Assembly (NCBI GenBank): GCA_034667685.1
Contig: JAXDQU010000089.1
Span: forward strand, 1-64,000
DNA: 64,000 nucleotides
DNA from: Thermoplasmata archaeon
GTDB lineage: Archaea; Thermoplasmatota; SW-10-69-26; JACQPN01; JAJPHT01
Direction of reading: 5' to 3'
The translations under genes and the position numbers were made by a program. Below, one piece after another: positions 28,740 through 38,224 of the stretch. Each line of letters starts with the position of its first letter. Positions within the stretch are counted from its first letter, which is position 1. The notes under the pieces are model-generated. The model searched no databases and was not told where the DNA came from. It saw only the letters and a program-made list of their open reading frames with translations.

Positions 28740-28818
28740 GGCGCGGGCAGCCCTGCCGCCCGACTTGAGCGTTGGGGGAGGAAGGACCGGGCGGGAGACG
28801 CCCGGCCCGAGGGGCGGC

Positions 28819-29022
28819 TCAGCAGCCGCCGTGGTCGATGACGTAGCGGACGGAGGCGTAGCCGCCGCCGTTGCAGGGAATCCAGGCGTTGTCGAGCTGG
28901 CAGTTCACGGACCAGGTCGGGTTGCCGGTGTTGAAGCAGTCGATCGCCGAGGCGCCCGGCGCGAGCACGACGGCGGCCGAGCCGAGCAGGAGCGCGGCGA
29001 GCACGAGGGTGGTTGTCTTCAT
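28819..29022 (-). CDS. Small secreted 4-Cys peptide, 67 aa
   Basis: MKTTTLVLAALLLG...ASA + IDCFNTG...GGC; AGGAG RBS. Confidence 0.75.
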   Translation of the reverse strand: MKTTTLVLAALLLGSAAVVLAPGASAIDCFNTGNPTWSVNCQLDNAWIPCNGGGYASVRYVIDHGGC

Positions 29023-29100
29023 GGGGTTTTTCTCCTGGGCGCGAGGCCCGGTCCCCACGAGACCCCGCGGGGCCATCACGACGCTGGCCCACGGGTTTGC

Positions 29101-29424
29101 TCACAGCTTCGAGAGGACGGCCGCGACGGGCGGGCCGCAGATGTTGAGCCAGTAGACGCACACGTCGGCCATGCCGGAGCCCGCGACGGGCGGCGCGCTC
29201 ACAGGCGAGCCCTCCGGCGCGAGCGTGTGGACCTCGTCGTCCAACGCGATCATGTCGTCGCGCACCGCCTGGAGGACGAGGACGGGATTGGGGCCATCGC
29301 CGCTCGCCTCGTAGGCGACGGTGCGGCAGAGCTCGCCGGGCGGCGAGAGCGCGGAGGCCGAGCCCGCCGCGAAGGCGACGCCCAGGAGCAGGAGGAGCGG
29401 CAGGTAACGCGCGAGCCGGAGCAT
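29101..29424 (-). CDS. Secreted hypothetical protein, 107 aa
   Basis: Signal peptide MLRLARYLPLLLLLG...ASA; CTTATG box upstream. Confidence 0.65.
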   Translation of the reverse strand: MLRLARYLPLLLLLGVAFAAGSASALSPPGELCRTVAYEASGDGPNPVLVLQAVRDDMIALDDEVHTLAPEGSPVSAPPVAGSGMADVCVYWLNICGPPVAAVLSKL

Positions 29425-29543
29425 GCGGACGGCAGGCGCGCGGCACGCCATAAGCGCTCCGGAGCCCCGCGGACGAAGCGCAAAGGGTTGGGCCAGAAAG
29501 CTGTTGAGGCGGCCGGCGCGTGCCCCGCTTGCGAGGCGAGGAG

Positions 29544-31097
29544 GTGCGACAGGCCCCGTGGCTGGCCATCGCGCTGCTGCTGGTCGTGCCGACCGCGGCG
29601 GCGTCGGTGGAGCGCGTGACGTGGACGACCAGCGCGCCGCTCGCGTGGCAAGGCGCCACCGGCGTCGAGGTCCACGGCGGCGTGCTCGCAATCGAGGACC
29701 CGCGCGCGAGCGGCGCGTGGACGTTCGACCTGGGCCGCGGCACGATCGTCGTGAGCACCTGGCGCGTCGCGCGCGTCGAGGCGCCCTCCGGCCTGGGCTC
29801 GTATGGACCGCCGATGGACGACGCCTCGCTGGAGACCTACGAGGTCAACGCGACGCGCCTCGTCGTGCGCCTGGACGACGAGCCGATGAACTTCTCCCTG
29901 GCGTCCGGCCCGGGCGGCGAGGTGCGGCTGGAGGGCGCGGCCGACGCGGCGGGCCGGCCCGTGGCGCTCGCGCGGGACCACGCGCGCTACGCCGCGAGCG
30001 AGGATATCATCGAGGGCGCGAGCCCGATGCGGCCGCCGCCCGACTACGGGTGGACGTGGCGCCAGGGCTGGCTCTTCTGCGGCCATTGGTCCGACGGGAT
30101 CGGCGGCGGGTTCCCCGCGCTCGACGCGCCCACCGCGCACGCCAGCGGCCCCGCGAAGGTGAAGCTCATCGGCGGCGTCGCCACCTTCCTGGACGCGCAG
30201 GGCCGCGAGCAGACCATCGTCCTGGGCGAGCACGCCGATCCATCCGCGCCCGGCACGCCAGCGGCCCACGAGGCCGTCGACAAGCGCCTCTTCTTCGAGG
30301 GCGAGGTCCGCGCCGCCACGCTCTCGCCCTCGGGGCAGTGGGGGGTCGCGGGGCCGGCGACGTCGTGGGGCCTCGCGGGGGCGCTGACGACCACGCACGC
30401 CACGGGCGAGTACGCCGACGGCGCGGGCACGCACGCGTTCCGCGACGCGCCGATCACGGTCGAAGGGAGCTTCTCGCTCGCGCCCACGCAGGCCGGCGGG
30501 ACGGCGCTCCTCGCGCCCTGGACGTACGCCGCCTCCGGTGATATCACGGCGCTCGACGTCGACGGCGTGGCCGTGGGCGAGCCCGCCCTGCCCGCCGCGG
30601 CGCCGGCGCGCGTGGCCGAGGCGACGATCGCGGGCGCGCTGCTGCTCCTCGCGGCGGTCGCGCTCTACACGCGCCTGGCGCCCAGCGACCTCCTGCGCCA
30701 CGCGGGTCGCAGCCGGCTCTACGCCGAGGTGGCGCGCGAGCCGGGCATCCACCTGCGCGAGGCGGCGCGGCGCGCGGGCCTCTCGTGGAGCCCGTTGCGC
30801 TTCCACGTCGCGATGCTGCGCCGCGCGGGCATCCTGCGCCTCGAGCGCCACGGCGGGCACACGCTCCTCTATCCCGCCAGCGCGCCGGCCCAGACGCCCG
30901 CGCCCGTGCTGCACCCCGTCGCGCAACGGATCCTGGCCGCGCTTCCCGAGGCGGGCGCGTGGATCGACGCGCCCACGCTCCAGGGGAAGGTCGGCGTCTC
31001 GCGCCAGCTCCTGAGCTACCACGTGGAGCGGCTGGCGGCGGAGGGGCATGTGCAGCGGCTCCCCGGCCGGCCGACGCTGGTGGCGCGGCGCCCCTGA
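29544..31097 (+). CDS. Membrane-anchored transcription factor: signal peptide, large extracellular domain, TM, double wHTH
   Basis: LLRHAGRSRLYAEVAREPGIHLREAAR...FHVAML and a second HTH VSRQLLSYHVERL. Confidence 0.8.
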   Translation: MRQAPWLAIALLLVVPTAAASVERVTWTTSAPLAWQGATGVEVHGGVLAIEDPRASGAWTFDLGRGTIVVSTWRVARVEAPSGLGSYGPPMDDASLETYEVNATRLVVRLDDEPMNFSLASGPGGEVRLEGAADAAGRPVALARDHARYAASEDIIEGASPMRPPPDYGWTWRQGWLFCGHWSDGIGGGFPALDAPTAHASGPAKVKLIGGVATFLDAQGREQTIVLGEHADPSAPGTPAAHEAVDKRLFFEGEVRAATLSPSGQWGVAGPATSWGLAGALTTTHATGEYADGAGTHAFRDAPITVEGSFSLAPTQAGGTALLAPWTYAASGDITALDVDGVAVGEPALPAAAPARVAEATIAGALLLLAAVALYTRLAPSDLLRHAGRSRLYAEVAREPGIHLREAARRAGLSWSPLRFHVAMLRRAGILRLERHGGHTLLYPASAPAQTPAPVLHPVAQRILAALPEAGAWIDAPTLQGKVGVSRQLLSYHVERLAAEGHVQRLPGRPTLVARRP

Positions 31098-31151
31098 GCG
31101 GAAGCGGAAACCCGATCGCCTCAAGCGCGCGCCCGGGGATGAGGGGCCGGC

Positions 31152-31784
31152 ATGCCGATCCCGGTGCCCGTCCCGCGCGAGCCGCCCCGGTACACGCTCA
31201 CGCAGAGCGCCACGATCCACCTCCTGGGCGCGGCGCTCGGGTGCGCGGTCGCGCTCCTCCTGGCCGTGCTGCGGCTCTGGATCGCGGCCGCCGTCGTGCT
31301 CGCCCTCTCCGCGGGCTACTCGATCCTCCGGCTGCGCACGCGGACGGTCGTGACCGCGACGGACCGGCGCATCCGGATCGCGGGGACCTTCGGCGAGGTC
31401 GCCATCCGCCACGAGGACGTGGGCGCGATCCGCCTGGAGCGGGACATCCTCGGCCCCAACCTCGTCATCGCGCGGCGCGATGGGAGCGAGGTCCGCGTCC
31501 GCGACGTGGCCGATCCGGCCGGCGCGGTCGCCGTCCTCGGGAGCCTCGTCCGGAGCGCCCTGGCGCCGCGGCCGACCGCCCCCTGGGGCGCCGCCCCCGC
31601 GCTCTCCCCGGAGGACCTGGTGGCGCTCGCCGCCCCGCCGCCTCCGGCCAACGCGCGCCAGGAGCCGCTGCCCGTCTTCCTGCCGCCCGAAAGCGCCGCC
31701 GAGCGCGCGGCATTGTCGGCGAAGCTCGCCCAGAAACGCGCCGTTCGTCCGGTGGATCTGAGCTTTCTCGACCGGGACCGTTGA
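31152..31784 (+). CDS. Two-TM protein with a bacterial PH-like domain
   Basis: Two TM segments, then VTATDRRIRIAG...IRHEDVGAI. Confidence 0.6.
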   Translation: MPIPVPVPREPPRYTLTQSATIHLLGAALGCAVALLLAVLRLWIAAAVVLALSAGYSILRLRTRTVVTATDRRIRIAGTFGEVAIRHEDVGAIRLERDILGPNLVIARRDGSEVRVRDVADPAGAVAVLGSLVRSALAPRPTAPWGAAPALSPEDLVALAAPPPPANARQEPLPVFLPPESAAERAALSAKLAQKRAVRPVDLSFLDRDR

Positions 31785-31841
31785 ACGAGCCGTCGCCAAG
31801 GATTAAATACCGCCCGTCCCACTCGCGCGCTGAGGCTTGTC

Positions 31842-32681
31842 ATGCGGAGTCAGGTCATGGTCGGCGCGGCGCTGGCGCTCGCCGTCCTTCTCCCGGCCGT
31901 CGCGGTCGCCACCGACCCGACCAGCGCGATCGCAGCGGTCCAGCAGAACCTCCCTTCGCAGACGCCCCAGGCCGTGAAGGACGGCCTCGCGGCCGCGCAG
32001 AACGCCGCCGGCCCCGTCGCCGGCAACCCCGCGCCCCTGCCCAACGTGGACGCCCCCCTGGGCGCCATCGGCGCCGGGCTTCCCACCTTCGCCGTCGCCG
32101 GCCTCGCCGTCGCCGGCCTCGCGGCGCTCACGGGCGCCTTCTTCATGGGCGGCGCGCGCTTCGTGACCCCGGCCGAGGTGCTGGAGAACGACGTCCGCGC
32201 GGGCATCTACACCTACCTCAAGCAGAGCGTCGGCGCCAACCTGAAGCAGGTCACCGACGAGCTGCGCCTCACCACGACCAACGCCATCTGGCACCTCCGC
32301 AAGCTGGAGGAGGCCGGCCTGATCCACTCGCGCCGCTTCAACGGCTACAAGGTCTTCTATCCCGCCGAGGGCGGGGTCGAGGCGCGCCGCCTCTCGCTGG
32401 GCAAGACCGCCCTGGCCAACGCCAACGCCCAGGAGGTCTTCGAGCACGTGGTCGCGCACCCCGGCACGCACCAGCGCGAGATCGCGCGGGCCCTGGGCGT
32501 CAACCACGGCACCGTCCGCTGGCACCTCAAGAAGCTCATGGACGCGGAGCTCATCGTCGAGACGCGCAAGGGCAAGGCCAGCGCGTACGAGCCCACCGCC
32601 ATGGGCATGCAGGCGCTGCGCTCCGTGCAGGGCGTGCCCGCCCCCACCGCGCCTGCGGTCGAGGCGGGGTTCGCGGCGTAA
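31842..32681 (+). CDS. Membrane-anchored double-wHTH regulator, paralog 1
   Basis: Signal peptide, short linker, TM, VLENDVR...WHLRKLEE, HPGTHQREIARALGVNHGTVRWHL. Confidence 0.88.
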   Translation: MRSQVMVGAALALAVLLPAVAVATDPTSAIAAVQQNLPSQTPQAVKDGLAAAQNAAGPVAGNPAPLPNVDAPLGAIGAGLPTFAVAGLAVAGLAALTGAFFMGGARFVTPAEVLENDVRAGIYTYLKQSVGANLKQVTDELRLTTTNAIWHLRKLEEAGLIHSRRFNGYKVFYPAEGGVEARRLSLGKTALANANAQEVFEHVVAHPGTHQREIARALGVNHGTVRWHLKKLMDAELIVETRKGKASAYEPTAMGMQALRSVQGVPAPTAPAVEAGFAA

Positions 32682-32683
32682 GG

Positions 32684-32807
32684 CCCCGTCTCCCCCTCTT
32701 CCCTTCTTCCCCTCTTCCCTCGCATTCCCCTCTTCCCCCAGCGTAGCCCAGGCTGGGAAGAGGGGAATGCGAGGGAAGAGGGGAAGAAGGGAAGAGGGGG
32801 AGACGGG
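32684..32807. repeat. Near-perfect ~124-bp purine/pyrimidine palindrome (family A)
   Basis: CCCGTCTCCCCCTCTTCCCTTCTTCCCCTCTTCCCTCGCATTCCCCTCTTCCC...GGGAAGAGGGGAATGCGAGGGAAGAGGGGAAGAAGGGAAGAGGGGGAGACGGG. Confidence 0.85.
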
Positions 32808-32875
32808 CGACCGGCCCACCGCCCCTCTCCAGCCCCATAAATAGGGCTTGTTTTCCAAGCATGAGGGGAGCCCCC

Positions 32876-33655
32876 ATGCGTACCGTCTGGACCCTCGCGG
32901 CCCTTTTCACGCTTCTCGCCGTCCCGCTGGCGCTCGCCGCCGGCGTCGGGCTTCCCGGCCAGACCCAGGCGCCCACGACGCCCGTCGCGGCGCCCAGCGT
33001 CCCCTCCACGGGCGGGCTCTTCCCGAACCTCGACGTCACGACCGTCGTGGCCATCGGCGCCGGCGTCGCCTTCGTGGCGGCCGTCGCGACGATGTTCTTC
33101 CTGGGCGGCGCCAAGTTCGTCAACAGCGGCAACGTCCTGGAGAACGACGCGCGCCGCCAGATCTTCGAGTACATCCAGCAGCACCCGGGCATCCACCTGC
33201 GCGCTGCGGCCACGCAACTGAGCCTCAGCACGACCAACGTGCTCTGGCACCTGCGCAAGCTGGAGGACGCGAACCTCGTCACGTCCAAGAAGTTCGAGGG
33301 GTACAAGGTGTTCTACCCCGTCGAGGGCGGCGTCGAGACCAAGCGCCGCGCCATCGCCGCCTCCGTGCTCAAGAACGAGAACGCCGTCGCGATCCTGGAG
33401 TACGTCACCGCGCACCCCAGCGCGCACCAGCGCGAGATCGCCCGCGCCATGGGCGTCAACCACGGCACGGTCCGCTGGCACCTCCGCAAGCTGGAGGAGG
33501 CCGAGCTCGTCATGCCCATGAAGCGCGAGCACACGACCCATTACTACGTCTCCGAGCTGGGCCACACGGCGCTCTCGGGCTTCGGCTCGGCAGCAACCGT
33601 CTCGCCCGCGCCCGCGGCGCCGCCCGCGGCCAAGATCCCGGGCGACGAGCCGTGA
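32876..33655 (+). CDS. Membrane-anchored double-wHTH regulator, paralog 2
   Basis: Same architecture; shares GYKVFYP.EGGVE and QREIARA.GVNHGTVRWHL. Confidence 0.88.
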   Translation: MRTVWTLAALFTLLAVPLALAAGVGLPGQTQAPTTPVAAPSVPSTGGLFPNLDVTTVVAIGAGVAFVAAVATMFFLGGAKFVNSGNVLENDARRQIFEYIQQHPGIHLRAAATQLSLSTTNVLWHLRKLEDANLVTSKKFEGYKVFYPVEGGVETKRRAIAASVLKNENAVAILEYVTAHPSAHQREIARAMGVNHGTVRWHLRKLEEAELVMPMKREHTTHYYVSELGHTALSGFGSAATVSPAPAAPPAAKIPGDEP

Positions 33656-33785
33656 ATCAAGGCTTGGACCGTGAACATCTTCGAGCCTTGGCCGGGCTTG
33701 GATAGACACTAGGGAGAGCCCTTATTTCCTCCGAGGTTGTCGTGGGCGCGGGAGGCATTCTCTGCCTGCCAACGGAGGAACAAGC

Positions 33786-34097
33786 ATGAACAAGATGTAC
33801 ACCGTTCTCCTGGCTCTCGCGGCCTTCGCGCTGCTCGTGCCCGCCCAGGCCACCGCGCCCTGCTACACGACCTCGACGCCCCAGGCGACCGTCCCCGACG
33901 CGACCGGCCAGGTCGGCGGCGACCTGTACGTGGTCAACGACCTCTGCCAGCCCGTCGTGGGCGACGGCAGCTGCATCTACAGCATCTGGGTCTACGAGGA
34001 GTCCAACGGCATCTCCGGTCTCCAGCGCGGCGACGAGGTCCAGAACGACGTCGCCAACTGCACCGACGGCACCGCCGCGGACACGGACATCTTCTGA
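33786..34097 (+). CDS. Secreted 103-aa protein, tandem copy 1
   Basis: Signal peptide, GGAGG RBS, WVYEESNGISGLQRGD motif, 4 Cys. Confidence 0.85.
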   Translation: MNKMYTVLLALAAFALLVPAQATAPCYTTSTPQATVPDATGQVGGDLYVVNDLCQPVVGDGSCIYSIWVYEESNGISGLQRGDEVQNDVANCTDGTAADTDIF

Positions 34098-34247
34098 GTC
34101 GTTTTTCCGGGGGCGCCTCCGCGCCCCCGATCCTACTTCTTGGACTCGCATAGGGTCCCCCGAGAGACTATTTGTCACGCCCTGGCGTGCAGCCTGTTGG
34201 GTGCGCGGCGCCGCAAGGCGAGGCGCGCCCGAATCGGAGGCTAAACC

Positions 34248-34559
34248 ATGAACAAAATGTACACCGTTCTCCTGGCGCTTGCCGCGGTCGCCCTGCTCGT
34301 CCCGGCCCAGGCCACCGCCCCGTGCTACACGACCTCGACGCCCCAGGCGACCGTCCCCGACGCGACCGGCCAGGTCGGCGGCGACATCTACGTCGTGAAC
34401 GACCTCTGCCAGCCCGTCGTGGGCGACGGCAGCTGCATCCAGTCCGACTGGATCTACGAGGAGTCCAACGGCCTCGCCGGTCTCCAGCGCGGCGACGAAG
34501 TCCAGAACGACGTCGCCAACTGCACCGACGGCACCACGGCCGACACGGACATCTTCTAA
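34248..34559 (+). CDS. Secreted 103-aa protein, tandem copy 2
   Basis: Differs from copy 1 at 8 of 103 residues by my count; GGAGG RBS. Confidence 0.85.
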   Translation: MNKMYTVLLALAAVALLVPAQATAPCYTTSTPQATVPDATGQVGGDIYVVNDLCQPVVGDGSCIQSDWIYEESNGLAGLQRGDEVQNDVANCTDGTTADTDIF

Positions 34560-34568
34560 GAAAGCGCC

Positions 34569-34600
34569 CTTGCGCGGGCGCGCTCAAGCGCCCGCGCAAG
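34569..34600 (+). terminator. GC-rich hairpin after the duplicated genes
   Basis: CTTGCGCGGGCGC-gctcaa-GCGCCCGCGCAAG. Confidence 0.45.
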
Positions 34601-34641
34601 AAGCGTTATGACCGGGCGCCCGCATGGTCGGCAGAACCCCC

Positions 34642-35241
34642 ATGCGCATGGCTGGCCCGGACGTCGTGCTTTTCATCGTGGGTGCCCTGCTCTTCGGCGG
34701 CGCCCTGACCGCGATCATCGTCACGCAGGGCCCCGGCGCCTTCAGCGGGACGGCCGGCGGCGCCGGCCTCTTCACCGTGAGCTGGCCCATGCAGTCGAAG
34801 GACATGCCCAAGGCGACCGTGGGCGACTTCGCCGCGGCCTCGGCCACGTTCAAGGTGACGGACGCCAACGTGGCGAACGTCACGGTCAAGATCGACTGCT
34901 CGGACAGCGTCCCGGGCGGCGTCGCGCCCTTCGCCCTCTCCGTCACCGTCGCCGGCCCCCAGGGCCAGAGCGGCAAGAAGGACGGCAACTGCGGCGACGC
35001 GATCAACGTCCCCATCCACGTGCAGGACGCGCCGCCGGGCACCACCGTCGCGAACGCCGACCAGGTCCAGGCCAGCAGCTCGACGCTGGGCCAGGGCGAC
35101 TGGAAGGTCACCGTGACCGGCGCGCGCGGCTCCCCCGCGGGCGGCCTGCCCGGGCTCCCCGTCACGCAGGCCGACCCGAGCGGCGACATCGCGTTCTCCG
35201 TCCAGACCTTCGCGCCCAAGCTCGACCCGATCGCGAAGTGA
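34642..35241 (+). CDS. Membrane-anchored extracellular beta-rich hypothetical protein
   Basis: N-terminal TM; GDWKVTVT strand motif; directly upstream of the permease. Confidence 0.75.
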   Translation: MRMAGPDVVLFIVGALLFGGALTAIIVTQGPGAFSGTAGGAGLFTVSWPMQSKDMPKATVGDFAAASATFKVTDANVANVTVKIDCSDSVPGGVAPFALSVTVAGPQGQSGKKDGNCGDAINVPIHVQDAPPGTTVANADQVQASSSTLGQGDWKVTVTGARGSPAGGLPGLPVTQADPSGDIAFSVQTFAPKLDPIAK

Positions 35242-35253
35242 GGTGATCGTCCC

Positions 35254-36858
35254 ATGTCCCTCCTGAAGCGCAGCCTCGCCCGCTACGGCCTGAAGAAGAG
35301 CCCCGAGGACGTCATCGAGCAGGCCAACGATCCCTCCAAGTCGCTCAAGAAGAGCCTCACCGCGTTCGACCTCACGATCCTCGGCGTGGGCGCGATCATC
35401 GGCGCGGGCATCTTCGCCTACGCCGGCCTCGGCGCGCAGATCGCCGGCCCGCACATCATCTACAGCTTCATCCTCGTGGGATTCATCTGCGCCCTCGCGG
35501 GCCTCGCCTACGCGGAGATGGCTGCGGCCATCCCGACGTCCGGCAGCGCCTACGCCTACACGTACAGCGCGCTGGGCGAGACGATGGCGTGGATCCTCGG
35601 CTGGGCCCTCGTGCTCGAATACGCCGTGGGCGCCGCGGGCGTCGCCATCGCGTGGAGCGCCAACTTCACCGCGTTCGTGCAGAGCGTCTTCGGCGTCACG
35701 CTGCCCGCGACGTTCACCGCGTCGCCCGCCAACGGCGGCTTCGTCGACCTGCCCGCCATGCTCCTCGTCGCCGCCATCGCGACCGTCCTCGTCATCGGCT
35801 CGAAGGAGAGCGCGAAGGCCGCCGGCGTCATGGTCGCGATCAAGCTCGCCATCATCGCCGTCATCATCGGCGTGGGCCTCTTCTTCGTAAAGGGCGCCAA
35901 CCTCGCGCTCTCCCCGCCCCCCTCGCCCTCGGGCGCGTGGTACGCGACGCTGGGCGTCGTGGGCCCCATCCTCGCGGGCGGCGCGATCATCTTCTTCGCC
36001 TACATCGGCTTCGACGCCGTGAGCACCACCGCCGAGGAGACGAAGCGCCCCAAGCGCGACCTGCCCATCGGCATCCTCGCGAGCCTGGGCATCTGCACCG
36101 CGCTCTACATCCTCGCCAGCCTCGTGCTCATGGGCATGGTGCCCTACACCGACTTCCTGCCCGACTGCGCCAACGTCGCGGCGGGCGTCGCGTGCGCGCC
36201 GGGCAACGGCCTCTCCGTCACCGCCGCGGCGGCCCACCTCGGCCAGCCCTTCGGCTACGCGTTCGACCACGCCGGCATCGCGTGGGCGGCCAACCTCATC
36301 CGCATCGGCGCGATCGTGGGCATCGCCTCCGTCGAGATGGTGCTCCTGCTGGGCGGCCCGCGCGTGTTCTTCGCGCTCGCCCGCGACGGCCTGCTCCCGA
36401 AGTCCTGGAGCGCCGTCCACGGCAAGTTCGGCACGCCCCACCGCACGACCGTCGGCGTCGCCATCGGCGTCATGCTCGTCGCGGGCTTCGGCACGCTCCA
36501 GTTCGCGGGCCAGGTCACGAACGTCGGCACGCTCTTCGCCTTCGTCTGCGTCTGCATCGGCGTCGTCGTGCTGCGCTACGCGAAGCCCGACCTGCCGCGC
36601 CCCTTCAAGGTCCCGCTCAACATCGGCCGCTTCCCCGTCCTCGCGGCGCTGGGCGCCGTCACGTGCGCGATGCTCGCCCTCGCGCTCTCGCCCATGACGC
36701 TGCTGCTCTTCGTCCTCTGGATGGGGCTCGGCCTCGTCATCTACTCGCTCTACGGCATCCGCCGGAGCCACCTCTTCGGCCACGTCGGGCGCGAGGAGAA
36801 GCCGCTGGCGCCCGTGGATGCGGAGATCGTGCTCGAAGAGCTTCCTCCGAGCGGCTAG
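35254..36858 (+). CDS. APC-family amino acid permease (CAT/YfnA-like)
   Basis: LGVGAIIGAGIF, YAEMA, GSAY, FFAYIGFD, RVFFALARDGLLP. Confidence 0.95.
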   Translation: MSLLKRSLARYGLKKSPEDVIEQANDPSKSLKKSLTAFDLTILGVGAIIGAGIFAYAGLGAQIAGPHIIYSFILVGFICALAGLAYAEMAAAIPTSGSAYAYTYSALGETMAWILGWALVLEYAVGAAGVAIAWSANFTAFVQSVFGVTLPATFTASPANGGFVDLPAMLLVAAIATVLVIGSKESAKAAGVMVAIKLAIIAVIIGVGLFFVKGANLALSPPPSPSGAWYATLGVVGPILAGGAIIFFAYIGFDAVSTTAEETKRPKRDLPIGILASLGICTALYILASLVLMGMVPYTDFLPDCANVAAGVACAPGNGLSVTAAAAHLGQPFGYAFDHAGIAWAANLIRIGAIVGIASVEMVLLLGGPRVFFALARDGLLPKSWSAVHGKFGTPHRTTVGVAIGVMLVAGFGTLQFAGQVTNVGTLFAFVCVCIGVVVLRYAKPDLPRPFKVPLNIGRFPVLAALGAVTCAMLALALSPMTLLLFVLWMGLGLVIYSLYGIRRSHLFGHVGREEKPLAPVDAEIVLEELPPSG

Positions 36859-36884
36859 CGCTCGACCCCTTCGTTTTCGTCGCG

Positions 36885-36975
36885 CTCCGCCTCCAGCCAC
36901 GGAGGACACAGAGGTCACAGAGGACGAGAAAAGCCGCCTCTGTGACCTCTGTGTCCTCCGTGGCTGGAGGCGGAG
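36885..36975. repeat. Palindromic element with CACAGAGG units (family B), copy 1
   Basis: CTCCAGCCACGGAGGACACAGAGGTCACAGAGG...CCTCTGTGACCTCTGTGTCCTCCGTGGCTGGAG. Confidence 0.85.
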
Positions 36976-37146
36976 AGCCGGCGTACAACAAGCAGCAAAG
37001 AGGACCGCCTGGGAGCGCAGTTGCATGCACCCCGACGTCCCCCGCAGCAACCTCACCGGCTTCGCGCAGACGACCGCCGTCCTGGCGTTCCTGGCGAACA
37101 AGAACCTCGCCGTGGGCGGCGGCTACGTGGTCCGCTGAATTCCCCT

Positions 37147-37503
37147 TCACGATTCTGGTTGGTCACTCCGGCTCGCGCCCGCCTTCGGTGGCGGCGCGGG
37201 TCGTTCCCGCAACGCGGCGACGAGCGCTTCGAGCGCCGCGACATACGCGCGCCAGGCCGCGCGCCCTTCCTCCGTCATCGCGATGACGCGCCCGCGCCGC
37301 TTCGCGACGATGGCGTCGCGCTGCGTCACGTAGCCCGCCTTCTCGAGCGCGTCGAGGTGCGTCGCGAGGTTGCCTGCGGTCAGGCCGGTCGCGCCGCGCA
37401 GCGCGGCGAAGCGCATGCGCTCGCTCGCGACGAGCCGGCTGGCGATCGCGATGCGCGCCGGCGCGTGGTAGGCCGGGTCGAGCCGCGGCAGGGGCACGCT
37501 CAT
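37147..37503 (-). CDS. Winged-helix transcriptional regulator (HTH_34/MarR-like)
   Basis: LDPAYHAPARIAI...FAALR...LTAGNLATHLDALEKAGYV...TEEGRAA. Confidence 0.88.
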   Translation of the reverse strand: MSVPLPRLDPAYHAPARIAIASRLVASERMRFAALRGATGLTAGNLATHLDALEKAGYVTQRDAIVAKRRGRVIAMTEEGRAAWRAYVAALEALVAALRERPAPPPKAGASRSDQPES

Positions 37504-38109
37504 GCGGCGCTCCGCGCGCGGCGCCAACCCACGAGCGCGAAGGCGGCGCCGACCGCCGCGAGGCCGATCTCGATGCGGGCGTCGCCCGTCGCCGGCGTGA
37601 GCAGCACGAGACCAAAGGCCGCGAGGAGCGCCGCGAGCGCCGCGTGCGTGGCGTCCTTGCCGCGCGCGGCCTGGAACGCGACGAACGCCGCGCCGCCCAT
37701 CACGGCGAGCCCGACGTTGAGATCGGGCCGGTCGAAGGCGAACGTCGCGAGGACGACCGCGAGCGCCGTCGCGAGGAGCGCGACCCAGCGCCACGGCGCG
37801 GCGACGCCCCAGAGCGCGTCGGGCTGCACCTGGAGGCGGCGGAACGCGAGGCGCCGCAGCCCGAAGGCGACGAGCAGCGTCAGCGCGATCATGCCCACCA
37901 TGCCCCAGAGCCGGAGCGTGCCCCGCCCGCGCCCCGCCCAGAGCGGCTCGTAGGCGAAGGGCGCGACCGCGAGCGCGAGGGCGCACAGGCTCACGCCCAG
38001 CGCGGCCTGGTAGGCGCCGGCGCGTCGCGCGCGCTCGCGGTCGGTCCAGCCGCGGGCTTCGTTCAAGGCGTCCTGCGCGGCGCGCACGTCGGAGGGGAGC
38101 GGGTCCATC
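37500..38109 (-). CDS. Multi-TM membrane protein coupled to the wHTH gene
   Basis: About 6 TM segments; ATGA overlap with the regulator; start approximate. Confidence 0.7.
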
Positions 38110-38224
38110 GCCTCCTGCATGCGCTTGCAGGGCTTCAACCGGGCACGAAGTTTCCCTCGGAAACAGCGCGCCCTTCGGCGATCCCGGGAGAGCCTTCTTG
38201 AACGAAGCCCGCCCTCGGCCCGGC

